Below are positions 36,160 through 48,254 of a DNA stretch of 64,000 nt, piece by piece (within the stretch, counting starts at the first letter, position 1; every line of letters starts with the position of its first letter). The notes beneath the pieces were generated by a model that was not told the origin of the DNA, did not search any database, and worked only from the letters and a program-made list of their open reading frames with translations. Source of the DNA: Chiloscyllium plagiosum (Eukaryota); the NCBI RefSeq assembly GCF_004010195.1, contig NC_057719.1, positions 28,695,309 to 28,759,308 of the forward strand, read 5' to 3'. A program made the translations under genes and the position numbers.

Positions 36160-39100
36160 ACCCACTTTGTGGCACTCCACTGGTCACAGGCCTCCAGTCT
36201 GAAAAACAACCACCACCCTGTCTTCTACCTTTGAGTCAGTTCTGTATCCAAATGGCTAGTTCTCCCTGTATTCCGTGAGATCTAACCTTGCTAATCAGTC
36301 TCCCATGGGGAACCTTGTCGAACACCTTACTGAAGTCCATATAGATCACATCTACCGCTCTGCCCTCAAAAAGCTCAATCAAGTTTGTGAGACATGATTT
36401 CCCATGCACAAAACCATGCTGACTATCCCTAATCAGTCCATGCCTTTCCAAATACATTTACATCCTGTCCCATCAGGATTCCCTCCAACAACTTGCCCAT
36501 CACCGACGTCAGGCTCACTGGTCTACAGTTCCCTGGCTTGTCCTTAACCACCCTTCTTAAGCAATAGCACCACATTAGCCAACCTCCAGTCTTCCGGCAC
36601 CTCACCTGTGACTATCGATGATACAAATATCTCAGCAAGAGGCCCAGCAGTCACTTCTCTAGCTGTCCACAGAGTTCTAGAATACACCCTGATCAGGTCC
36701 TGAGGATTTATCCACCTTTATGCATTTCAAGACATCCAGCACTTCCTCCTCTGTAATATGGACATTTTGCAAGGTGTCATCATCTATTCCCCGACAGTCT
36801 ATATCTTCCATATCCTTTTCCACAGTAAATCCTGATGCAAAATACTCATTTAGTATCTCCCCCATTTTCTGCGGCTCCACACAAGGGCCGCCTTGCTGAT
36901 CTTTGAGGGGCCCTATTCTCTCCCGAGTTACCCTTTTGTCCTTAATGTATTTGTAAAAACTCTTTGGGACTCTCCTTAATTCTATTTGCCAAAGCTATCT
37001 CATGTCCCCTTTTTGCCCTCCTGATTTCCCTCTTAAGTATACTCCTATTTCCTTTATACTCTTTTAAAGATTCACTCGATCTATCCTGTCTATACCTGAC
37101 ATATGCTTCCTTCTTTTTCTTAAGCAAATCGTCAATTTCGTTAGTCATTCAGCATTCCCTATAGCTACCAGCCTTCCCTTACACCCTAAAAGGAATATAC
37201 TTTCTCTGGATTCTCGTTATCTCATTTCTGAAGGCTTCCCATTTTCCTGCCGTCCCTTTACCTGCGAACATCTGCCTCCAATCAGTTTTTGAAAGTTCTT
37301 GCCTGATACCATCAAAATTGGCCTATCTCCAATTTAGAACTTCAACTTTTAGATCTGGTCTATCCTTTTCCATCATTATTTTAAATATAATAGAATTATG
37401 GTCGCTGGCCCCAAAGTGCCTCCCCACTGACACCTCAGTCACCTGTCCTGCCTTATTTCCCAAGAGTAGGTCAAGTTTTGCACCTTCTCTAGTAGGTTCA
37501 TCCACATACTGAATCAGAAAATTGTCTTGTACACACTTAACAAATTCCTCTCCATCTAAACCCTTAACACTATGGCAGTCTCAGTCTATGTTTGAAAAGT
37601 TAAAATCCCCTACCATAACCACCCTATTTTTCCTACAGATAGCTGAGATATCCTTACAAGTTTGACTATTAGGTGGTCTATAATACAATCCCAATAAGGT
37701 GATCATCCCTTTCTTCTTTCTCAGTTCCACCCAAATAACTTCCCTGGATGCATTTCCGGGAATATCCTCCCTCAGCACAGCTGTAATATTATCCCTTATC
37801 AAAAATGCCACTCCCCTTCCTCTCTTACCTCTCTTTCTATCCTTCCTGTAGCATTTGGCCATAGAAACATCTGTCTGTACCTTGAACTAGAGAATCCCCT
37901 AACACAAGTGATCTCTTGGAACCCGACGTACCCCGTGTTGCGTTAGAGCCAGTCTCGATACCAGAAACTTGGCTGTTCATGCTACGTTCCCCTAAGAATC
38001 CATCACCCCCTACATTTTCCAAAACAGCATACCTGTTTGAAATGGGTATATCCACAAAAGACTTCTGCACTAGCTGCCTACCTCTCTTTCCTTTCCTGAG
38101 TTAACCTATCTATGTGACTGTATCTGAGACGTCCCCCCCCCCTTCCTATAACTGCCATCCATCAAATACTGTTGCTGTTGCAAATTCCTCATTGCTTCTG
38201 TCTCTCCAACCGATCTATTCGATCTGATAAGATTCGCAGCCAGCAGCATTTATGGCAGATATCATCCGCTGTAACCCTTAAACTCTCTTTAAAGTCCCAC
38301 ATCTGACAAGAAGTACATATCACTCTATTAAAGGCCATTTTTGCTCCTTCACAATCTACAGACCCAGAAAATAACATCGTTTTATTCCCCTACAAACACT
38401 GCCCCAGGTTAAATGAACAGTTATGGCTTATATTTTAAGTTTAATCTCCAAAAACATATCTCCAGGAAGTGAATCCCCCAGCTTTTCACTGTAAGTAAGA
38501 GGACAGTGTAGTAGAGAGAGATGTACTGCAGCTTTCAAACCCTGCTGAAACCCCAGTAACAACTGCTACTGAGAAAAAAGATAAAAATTCTGATTCTTTC
38601 AGAGCTTGACCATACCCATTCAGGCTGCTTCTATTGTTCTAACTTTTAAAAGAAACCCAAGGCCTCACAAACCATTTACTCTCGTGGTTCTGTAGAGACT
38701 GCTCGACACCTCTGTCTTACAATCTCTCTTCAAACAAAAAAAAGGACAAAATAACCTCTTAAAGCCATCGTATCACCACATATGCAATTTGCCAAGTATG
38801 AAGATATGGTTCTAGGAATGCAAAACTGATAAGAACGTCAAGTTTAAAACACGTCAGTCAAAAAATCAAGTACAATTCTCTCTTCCATTAAAAGTGAGAC
38901 CACAGATTAAAATACATTTTTGGCATTCCTGCAGCTCTTGGTGAAAAAAATTAGAAAAATATTTCATGTCTTTTTGCATGCACTACCTGGATTCAAACCC
39001 AATAGTGAAAAAAGTGGATGACTGGCAGACTTGTAAATAAGATTGTATGGTCTCAAACCTGTATGTCGCCAAAATAGGCTACAACAAAATTTTAACATCC

Positions 39101-39684
39101 AGTGACAATCGCACTTCTTATCTCCAGTGCCTTTATAAGTTAGTTATACTTTCACCTGTTTTCTTTAAATCAAGGACTCATTTAGAATCTGCTCAAAGAT
39201 AAATGCATTGTTTGTTCGTTAGAAAAAACTCAAATCAAACCTGACTCAAAAGATGCAAATTTTAATGCCAGGATATCAATTAGAAGGCAGCTAGTTTGGC
39301 CACCAACTGACTCTTAAGACTCTGCTCTGAGATCCTTGGAGGTAAAAGAGAGACAGACAGACAGACACACGCACACACGCGGCTGACATGGGGTGCAGGG
39401 AGGATGCTTGGGTGCGTGAGGCAGTGAAGCCACAACTGCAATGCATCTATAAGAATTGGTTTAAGTTCGGAAAAATGATAAAACAGCTGAGACCTGAAAT
39501 TTAAGAATCAAGGATTCAGCAAAGTGGGACTTGCTGATGAAAACCACTACAAATAAGAAGATTGAAGGGACTTTTACAAAATCCACTAAAAGACTGTGGC
39601 AGGGAGAAAGGGACTACAATGCACTGGCTGTGATTTGGACTTGATTTGGACTCTGCAGATATGTACAAGATATATATCTGCAGA

Positions 39685-39763
39685 GATGTGGCATGAGAAG
39701 TTTTCATTTGTGTAAATTGGTAGGATGTGGCATGAGAAGTTTTCATTTGTGTAAATTGGTAGG
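39685..39763 (+). repeat. 39-bp perfect tandem duplication
   Basis: gatgtggcatgagaagttttcatttgtgtaaattggtag occurs twice. Confidence 0.95.
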
Positions 39764-39794
39764 CAGGCAACCCTCCTTTTCTGCAATTTGATAT

Positions 39795-40139
39795 GATTAG
39801 ATTAGATTAGATTAGATTAGATTAGATTAGATTAGATTAGATTAGAGTGTGGAAACAGGCCCTTCGGCCCAACAAGTCCACACCGACCCGCCGAAGCGCA
39901 ACCCACCCATACCCCTACATTTACCCCTTACCTAACACTACGGGCAATTTAGTATGGCCAATTCACCTGACCTGCACATCTTTGGACTGTGGGAGGAAAC
40001 CGGAGCACCCGGAGGAAACCCACGCAGACACGGGGAGAACGTGCAAACTCCACACAGTCAGTCGCCTGAGTCGGGAATTGAACCCGGGTCTCTGGCACTG
40101 CGAGGCAGCAGTGCTAACCACTGTGCCACCGTGCCGCCC
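39795..40139 (-). mobile_element. Young full-length HE1-like V-SINE with an expanded (TCTAA)n tail
   Basis: CpG-rich head gggcggcacggtggcacagtggttagcactgctgcc; about 10 GATTA units at 39795-39846. Confidence 0.95.
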
Positions 40140-42923
40140 ACATATATTAGATCCTAAGTAATATTTACTTAATATTAATTATAGTGTTTTTGTTATGGTA
40201 ACAGTCTTAAATCATGAAATCCTGTTATACAATTCTGTCAGTCACTGGGAAGTTTACTTTAAAAAGTTATGAGTATCTACACGGATCGTAAGGGTCACAA
40301 TATGATGGATGCGCAAAATTCAAAAATGTCAAATTGCTGTAGCTAGGGTGCTTTTCTGAACTTGAAGCTGAGATTGTTTCGAAGTTAAGGATGTTTTCAT
40401 GCAAACGGATGTGTCCTTGGACTAGAGAATACTGCACCTCAGTGTCTCAGAAGAAAAATGTTCTTTCCAACATTTTTATCTCTCATTTTACTCTGTTCAA
40501 GAATTCTTATCAGAAATAACTGCTTTTGAATTTTGAATCAGCAATTAGGAAAACAAAAATTGTCGGTCCACTGTACTATCATGTTCAATGCCTCAGTAGC
40601 TTTGTTTGAAGTGTTAGGAGACATTTGTTTCAACAAGTTCATTTCAATCAAAATTGACCTTGGTTTTTTTCTTAGTACAACAGCTGTACTTTATTTAAGG
40701 AAAGAATATTTCAGGTGGGCACTCAGATAGTCCAATTCAAAATCTTTATAAGGATATTTAGCCAAATCAAGAACCACAAAATTTGATTTCTGGAGTAACA
40801 ACTACTGTCACTAGTACGTAACTAAAACTGCAATACATAAATCTTTAATGACTGTAGATGCAATATAGTTCCCAAAGTGACCTTCTTTTAGAAACCACAA
40901 TTTACAGAAAGTAAATCAGCTCAAAAAATTCACATTTGCAAAGTTAGAATGGAGAATTCAGCCCTAGAATTTAATGGATAGCAATTCCAGTATTTGCACC
41001 AGAATCAAACACTTTGATAGCTTGCAATATTGTCGCAGATATTCTGTTCAGGGTTGGAAATTCAATTTCCAATTGTAATATTCGCTTAAATATTGTCCAC
41101 ACCTTTAGATGACCTCTGTGCTTGAGATTCCTGGCCTCCAGTTATTAATCTATCCAGGAATCTAGCAGCAAGGATTATCTGTATAAAAACCATGTCCCCA
41201 TTTGCAGCCTTTTATGCCATATTCTGTAGTTTAAATATCCAGCAAACACATTGATAGCTCAAGGGAGTGGGGAAGTGTTTGGAGTATGGCAGAAAGGAGA
41301 GGGCAATGGTGTTGGGTCAGGCAAGAAGTGCTACTCTGGCAGACTAAGGTGGGAGTCAGTTAGAGAAAGGGGAGAATGTTCAAAGGTGTCAGGAATCCAG
41401 TTTTATATTCACCCAATATGTAGAGTAGGTTTTTGATCCTCTAACCTTTCCTGGGTTTCTATGTAGCTCAAGTGAGTTGGAACCCTCTGAATTCTTGAAC
41501 TTTAAGGTACTTCTTTGAAGTAATCCAGATGCCCATCGGAATCTCCATGTTCCCAGGAAATTCCCACCACTGGAGACTCTGCACGATGCTGAAGTAAACT
41601 CTTGCCTGCACAATTCCTACAACCACCTCAAAATCAGAATATCTGGGCCTCCGACTTTCACCAGAGTTTACCAGCTATGAGAGGGGAGCTCACTTGCAAT
41701 GAATAAGGAGGCAGATGAATATTTTTGGGACCTCTGTCCTACAAAACAGAACTGATCCAGGAAGTAACTTTAAAAAATAACTATCCTCCTTAGGATAGGC
41801 CTATGTCACCAGTTCTAATTCTCTTTCAGTACACCACCATCACTGAAACACAGGTTCCTACTGCTGATCAGTAACAGGAACACTTGGCATAGTGAATATC
41901 CACCAAAAGCCTGATCTTTGTTTTGTAAATGATGGTGTGATAGTCCAATTACTACATGGTAAATGGAAACTCCTGGGCACAGTGGATATCTGACACAACT
42001 AGGTGTATTATATTGCTACAGGAGCCTGACTGACCTCCTACAGAAGCTTTTAATGGGAGATCAGTAGAATCACTGTGAAATTCCTGCATTCAAAATTGCT
42101 AAATGCTAAAAATGCCACATCTCATGAATAAATAAATTTTGAAATGAATTATATTACTTTGTTAGAATAGGAATTGTGCAATTTTCTCCCTCTGACAAGA
42201 GGGAAAAACTTAAAACAACAAACTATGTTTCATGAATTGTCAACTGGCACTAGTTAAGATCATCTTAGAATAGAAGAATGATACTTTTATAGAAGATACC
42301 TTTTTAGAAGGCAAATCTAAATACTAAACATTTTTCATTATTCCATACCCTCAATGTACAGTAAAACCACTGTGATTGTAAAAGTTTAACAATTAGTGAC
42401 CAAGAATGTAGCAATGATTCCTTCAGTTAGAAAAATCTATACTTGCTAAAGTTTTAATGAAGGCTGTATGTGTCTTTCTTGATCTCAATAGAAGCATGAC
42501 AATATTTTATGTATTTAATGGTTACAGAAACGTAAGTGAAAGAGGTCAGGAATGATGTGTGACATTGGAGCAAAAATACCACAAAGCAAAATAGTACAGC
42601 AACTTAAGTTTCCATCATGAGTTCCTGAAATTTTCTCTTTACTAATGTGGAAGGGCAAAGCAGAATAACATAACATGATAGCCTTTACTTTACTCCTGAT
42701 TAAACTAATTCAAATATTGTGCACAAATCAGGTTCATACTAGCGTAATGCTTTACTTTTGAAGTTTAATATTAATGCTATCCAATTGCTATCATTCAATA
42801 GTCTTAAATCAAAAAATTAAGACAAACTAAGATTCATAAAGCAAGTCTTACATGACATACTGAAAAAGTATTTTGAATGTATGTTGATCCAATGTAACAT
42901 TTGCCAAGTAGATAAACACTTAC

Positions 42924-43049
42924 CATTTTAATGCCAGTTGAGAATGTGACAGATCTGACTTGCTGCTGTGTTTCCAACTGTGTTTCCAGTTGTGCAGCTC
43001 GATCCTTATGCTGAGCCAAAAGCATGCTTGCAGGCAGCTGGGAGCTTTC
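42924..43049 (-). CDS. MNAT1: MNAT1 coding exon (equivalent to human exon 6)
   Basis: Translates [42 protein letters not shown], compared with human [42 protein letters not shown]. Acceptor tctggtag|GAA, donor ATG|gtaagt; 126 nt, phase 0/0, in frame with the previous exon. Confidence 0.96.
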
Positions 43050-43259
43050 CTACCAGACACATTGATGACAGATTACAGCTTTAAGCAGTGAGAAAGAATC
43101 CCCTTGTTCCCTAAGTTGAGGTATAGGGACATAGGAAAGATTCCTAACACACCATACTTAGTAACTAATTCAGGTTACTAATCAGCATTAGCTATATTTG
43201 TGTTCTTCAGAAATTGAGTTCAATATTCCTCAAGACTGAATTTGGATTTCCACTGACTC

Positions 43260-43318
43260 CTTCTTTTTCTGGCTGATAGTCTCCTGTACTCTTTCTTTTT
43301 CTGGCTGATAGTCTCCTG
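43260..43318 (+). repeat. Short direct duplication (period 32)
   Basis: cttctttttctggctgatagtctcctg is repeated. Confidence 0.9.
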
Positions 43319-43499
43319 AAATTTAAAGTTACTGACTTGTGTGGCTGGCAATCCAAATGGTAACTATTTTACTTGAGTGACATGATTGAAAATTATGTCA
43401 TTACTCAAAAAATGACTAGCCTCAGAATAATCTCTCGTCTTTTTTTTTAAGGCATAATAGTGCCTTCTAACATGTTGATTACAAAGAAAAATACAGAAA

Positions 43500-43870
43500 G
43501 AGAAACTTACAGCACTAAAGGAGATTTTCAGCCCATTGCATCTATGCCAGCCAAAAAAAGAGCTATCGAATTTAATCCTGCTTTCCATCCATTGATTCAT
43601 GGCCATGTAGATTGTGGCTCCTTAACAGCACTTCCAACTACTTGGCAACTGGATTCAGGAGCTCTGCCTCGACTGCTGTTCCAGGTAATCAGTTCCAGAC
43701 CCCACCACCCTCAAAAATCCTTGTGCCAATTATTTTAAATCTATGCTGTCTTGCTATTGACATCTCTGTCAAGGAAAATAGGTACTTTCCGACCACTTTC
43801 TGGACTCTCATAATTTTGTACCCTCAATTAAATTTCTCCTTGCGCCCCACTGTTTAAAAGTAAACAATCC
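43500..43870 (-). mobile_element. Old CR1 3' remnant
   Basis: Resembles 13225-13600 (ttccagaccccaccaccctc…ttttaaatctatgc…ctcataattttgta). Confidence 0.6.
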
Positions 43871-44261
43871 TACATGGTCCTTGATGTTATGAAATGAATT
43901 AGACTAGACAGATGTGGAAGGAATGTTTCCGGCTTCTTGGAGAATTGACAATTAGAGTTATAACTCCAAAATAATTACTAATAAATCCAATTGGTAAAAA
44001 CAGTGAAATTTATTTATTGAGAGTAGAAATCATACCCATTACCATCCTGTGTAGTGCTTACTTAAGCCTAAGTTTTATTTTTTGCCAATATCAAGGCAAA
44101 CGAGAACGTAAACCATACTCCACTTCAGCTGACAAAAACACATTATAATTAAAAGAAAGCCAAAATAATGCTGTGTGGTGTGTGCTCACAGCCATCAGTA
44201 ACCAAGTTTTCATTTATTTCATTGTGGTGAGACTGGGATTTCTTTTTTATGATGAATTTTT

Positions 44262-44330
44262 TTAGATTAGATTCCCTACAGTATGGAAACAGGCCCTTTG
44301 GCCCAACAATTTCACACCAACCCTCCGACA
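44262..44330 (-). mobile_element. HE1/HER1 3' tail fragment
   Basis: tagattagattccctacagtatggaaacaggccctttggcccaac. Confidence 0.85.
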
Positions 44331-45334
44331 AGCCTTGACAACTGGAACTTGCAGAGCTACTTTATGTCTTATGTTTAACACCTGTACAAGTTGTCAAGGA
44401 ATTTCATTAGCCAGCAAGACTTCTGTTCAAATCAGCACATGATCTGTGATGTAAGTTGTGTGATTTTATATACATTTAAAATAATATACCTAAAATATTA
44501 TCTTTTATTTTAGAACTTGGACTTTGAACCAGTGACCTAAGAGATTTGGTCTGTGCATGTGAGCGAGTTTAATGATAACTTGTCATTATTTCTGGAGCCA
44601 TGAATTATTTTTAAACCAGGAAAGAGGGAGTCCCTGGGGTGATGATGGGAATTGTTTGCACTGAAGAGTTTTACAAATAGTTTTCAGTTGGAAGGATCAG
44701 GGTTGTTTTCCTTTTGTTTAGGTCAAACACCCATAGCTTGGAAACACTTGGTTTCAGTTCATAGACAACTTGTTTGAAATTGGATGCATGAAACAATTGT
44801 CTTAGAGCAAAGAGTTAGTTCACGAAAGTTAGAAATCGGTTACCTTAGTATATGAGATTTAGTTTGAAAGCTCTAGAGTAAAAGTGTTTAGTTTCAATGA
44901 AGGGATTATTTGAAGCTAAAAAAAAACAAAACTCAGTTGTGTGAATACAAGAAAGAATTTGTCAAATTCTCATGACCAGGAATTGAAAACAATTAAGTCA
45001 AACCTATAGATGTGATAGAGAAGGGAATTCTCTCTCTGTAATGTTTGGGTAATGTAAAGTCTGCTGTGGGGATTGATGGAATTTGTATTTTTGGATTTGT
45101 TTTGAAATGTTTCAAATTGTGTTATATCCAAAAAACTTGATTTATTCAATCCTATCAATTTTTTGGAATAAATTGCTCTTTTATTGTTAAAACCAGATGT
45201 GCAATATTGCATGTTTGCATTTCAGTGAAAGATCACCTTCTTAAATAAAAAGATGCATCATCTATCAAGCTGGATTTCAGTCTTGAATCTGGAAGATCTA
45301 GTAGTAACTTCAATTGAGATTGTGATGAACGTCT

Positions 45335-46760
45335 GAAACAGGAGCATTCAGCTCCTTGAGCCTGTTCTCCCTTCAATAAGATCACGGACGACCAGTTTGT
45401 GTTTTGAGTTCCACATCTACCTCCAATAATCCTTGATTCCCATGCCAAAAAAGAATCTCTCTACCTCCTGCCTTTAAAATATTCCATGACCCAGTTTCCA
45501 ATTCCTGAATATTACAAAATCACACAGCCCTCAAAAAAATTTTTCATCTCAGTCCGAAAAGGCTAACATCTAATTTTCAAACAGTGCCACTTAATGTTGA
45601 ACTTAACCACAAGAAGGAACATGTTTCCCACATCCACTTTGTCAGGACCAATCATGATCTTATATACTTCAGTTAAGCTAACTTGCGTTCTTCTAAACAC
45701 CCAGCCCAGCCATTACAACCTATCCTCATAAGACCATTCACTCCGTTTCACTATTAATCTAGTAAACATCCTCTGAACTACCTCCAACACATTTATGCCC
45801 TTGCTTAAATCAGGAGACCAAAACTGCATTAGCTATTCATGATGTGGTCTTACTAATACCCTATATAACTGACACATAACAGCTTTACTTTTACAGTCAA
45901 TTCCTCTCATAATAAAAGGATAGAATTCCATTCCTGAAGAAGGGCTTATGCCCGAAACGTCGATTCTCCTGTTCCTTAATGCTGCCTGACCTGCTGCACT
46001 TTTCCAGCAACACATTTTTAAGCTCTGATCTCCAGCATCTGCAGTCCTCACTTTCTCCTCGAATTCCATTAGCCTGCTTAATCATGTACTATACCTGCAA
46101 ATTAACACATTGTGACAGCTAAAATCCTCTGTATCTCAGATTTCCACAATCTTTCTGTTTAAATACTACACTATTTCTTCCATCCTTCCTGACAAAGTGA
46201 ACAACTTCACACTTTCCCACATTATATTCCATCTGCCAGATTGCTGACCACTCACTCAACCTGTCAATTCATCTACAAAGTCCTTGTGTCTTCTTCATAA
46301 CATACTTTCCTATCTATCTTTCTGTCATCTGCAAATTGAGCTACAATACTTTTGTTTCCCTCATTCAAGCTATTGATACAAACAATAAAAAGTGAACCTA
46401 GCACAAAGCTGTCAGGCCTCCACTTGTCACACCCTGCTAATCAGGGCATAAACCCATTTACACACACTGTTTTCTGCCAGACAGCCAATCTGCTATCCAT
46501 ATTAATATGCTATGCATACATCATGAGCATTTATTTTCCCCAAAACAATGGCTACTCATCCCAATTACCTCAAAATTTTTCAACTGTGCAGTTATAATCC
46601 CTTAAAATTATCAATTCTAACATTTTACCTACCAGAGCATCAGGCTAACTGGCCTATAGTTTTCTGTCTGCCCCCCCCCCCCCAAATATATTCATGACTT
46701 TCTGGTATGATGGAACCTTTCCTGAAGTGAGGAAATTTTGTAAAATTAACTCCAACACTA
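45335..46760 (-). mobile_element. Old CR1 LINE remnant
   Basis: QLYRVLVRPH in ORF 45833-46069; tgtcatctgcaaatt is the reverse complement of FADD. Confidence 0.75.
45933..46060 (+). mobile_element. Short Penelope-derived element (family A) with an intact hammerhead core at 45934-45961
   Basis: CTGAAGA-A-GGGC-TTAT-GCCC-GAAA-CG-TC; 10-bp TSD gaattccatt (45923-45932 and 46061-46070). Confidence 0.85.
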
Positions 46761-46779
46761 CTTCAAATTACCATCTCAA

Positions 46780-47270
46780 ACCACAGCTGGAATACTGTGA
46801 ACAGTTTTGGGCCCTTTATCCAAGAAAAAGATATACTGGCATGAGACAGTCTGGAGCAAGTTTATTAGGCTGATATCAGATATATGGAATAAATTGATTC
46901 TGTACTCATTGGAATATAGAAGAAGAGGAGGCAATGTTATTGAAATATACAAGATTCTTAGAAGACTTTACACAGTAGATATGGACAGGTTGTTACCCTT
47001 GTGGGAGAGTCTCATACCAGAGGGCATAATCTCAGAATAAGGGGTCGCACATTTAGAGATCAGGAGCAATTTCTTCTCTCGGTTGATAGTGAATCTGTGA
47101 AATTCTTTACCACTCAGGGCTGTTGAGACTGAGTCATTAAGTATACTCAGATGGCTGAGATCAACGGAGTTTTTAAATCAGTAAGGAATCAATGGGGCAA
47201 GGCAAGTAAGTGGTGTACCAGCCAAGCAGATTTGAGGGGTAAATGGCCTTCTTCTGTTCCTATGTCTTAT
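46780..47270 (+). mobile_element. CR1 3' fragment
   Basis: ccacagctggaatactgtgaacagttttgg (PQLEYCEQFW), YSLEYRR…IEIYKILR, and a tail ending cctatgtcttat. Confidence 0.8.
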
Positions 47271-47548
47271 CGTCTTAATAATCACCTGGCTAATGTAAGC
47301 AATCTATTTTTTATAATGCATGTCAATACTTTACATATACTAATGAGCAGTTAGTTGCCGAAGTCAGATTTGGGGCTTTCTTTAAATGTAGGAACTGTAT
47401 TAAAACTCACCAGCAAACAGTTATTTTTGTTTAAGGTACGGGATTTGTTAATTATCTCTCTGATATTCTTCAGCAACTTTAAATATACATCTGCATTCAA
47501 AGATTTGCTGCATCTGCGTATGTCATATGATTTACGATCTATACGTAC

Positions 47549-47689
47549 CAGATCATCAATAAGGGCCTTTTTATTTTTCTTTTTTGCCAACTGTTGCATT
47601 TGTTCTTCCTTCAGAAAAAGCATACGTTTTTGATCACTCTCCTGCCGTTCAAATTCTAAAGCTTCTTCCAAGTCTTCCTGCTCCCGGCT
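47549..47689 (-). CDS. MNAT1: MNAT1 coding exon (equivalent to human exon 5), coiled-coil region
   Basis: Minus-strand translation [47 protein letters not shown] closely matches human MAT1 [47 protein letters not shown] (recalled). Acceptor ttctattttag|AGC, donor CTG|gtacgt; 141 nt, phase 0/0. Confidence 0.96.
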
Positions 47690-48254
47690 CTAAAATAGAA
47701 AGCAAGAATGTTTGCTGAAACATATAGATTTCACTTCACAGAAACCTATTTGATGAATAATTCAAGTATAACATATTACCTAAATCCCTAGTTGGAGTAA
47801 TCTAATATTTCCAACAGTAATGCACTGTGACTTCAATAATGACTTCAAGCAGATGGTCATGTCTAAGAATACCCACTTTAATGAGTATTTGCATTTAGCC
47901 AAGCTTAGTGGCAAAATTTCAATAAATGTCAACAAGAAAAGTGCATGAAGCAATAACAAGAAGCCAATGTCCGGAAAAAACCTGGGCGAGCAGGGACACA
48001 GATGTGCTTAGAAACGTTTTTTTTACAATTAGCCACTGCACTCATTTTTTTAATACAATAATTCCACAAGGATACACAGTACAATAACAGAAGGCAGTTG
48101 GAGTAACCAAGCTCTGTACAAATCACTTCCAGCTAGCTAAGGATCAGGATTCACTAGTTATCTCTCTGATATTCTTCTGCAACCTTAAATATATAACTGC
48201 ATTCAAAGATTTGCGGCATCTGGCATATGTTATATGGACATGTGGACATGTATG

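Larger units (their letters stand above)
35116..38460 (-). mobile_element. Near full-length CR1 (HER1-like) LINE, inactive
   Basis: ORF1 zinc finger CTSCQMW…ICHKC, esterase start LVLGDSLV, endonuclease YRPPNS…VGDFNF…SDHN, RT QHGF…DFSKVFDKVPH, and 3' tail; frameshifts and deletions throughout. Confidence 0.95.
2527..42923 (-). other. MNAT1: MNAT1 intron (about 40.4 kb, intron 6 equivalent)
   Basis: Bounded by the GT donor of the 42924-43049 exon and the AG acceptor of the 2405-2526 exon. The peptide joins seamlessly (…GIKM|GQQI…). Confidence 0.9.
43050..47548 (-). other. MNAT1: MNAT1 intron (4499 bp, intron 5 equivalent)
   Basis: GT-AG bounded; the peptide joins …IDDL|ESSQ…. Confidence 0.92.

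Noticed and set aside
34755..38780. Possible solo LTR (TG…CA) split by the long CR1; similar candidates at about 12411 and 44445
   Set aside because: No convincing TSD, PBS or second copy could be verified by eye, so it is left unannotated.
39795..39846. (GATTA)n run as a telomere-like or CRISPR-like array
   Set aside because: It is the expanded 3' tail microsatellite of an HE1 SINE, has no spacers and is not TTAGGG.
40070..40139. tRNA gene
   Set aside because: The tRNA-like A and B boxes are the head of a SINE and continue directly into the V-core; the same applies to the other copies.
47351..47548. Extension of ORF 47351-47671 beyond …LIDDL
   Set aside because: Similarity to MAT1 stops at the GT donor at 47548; the rest is intron read-through.
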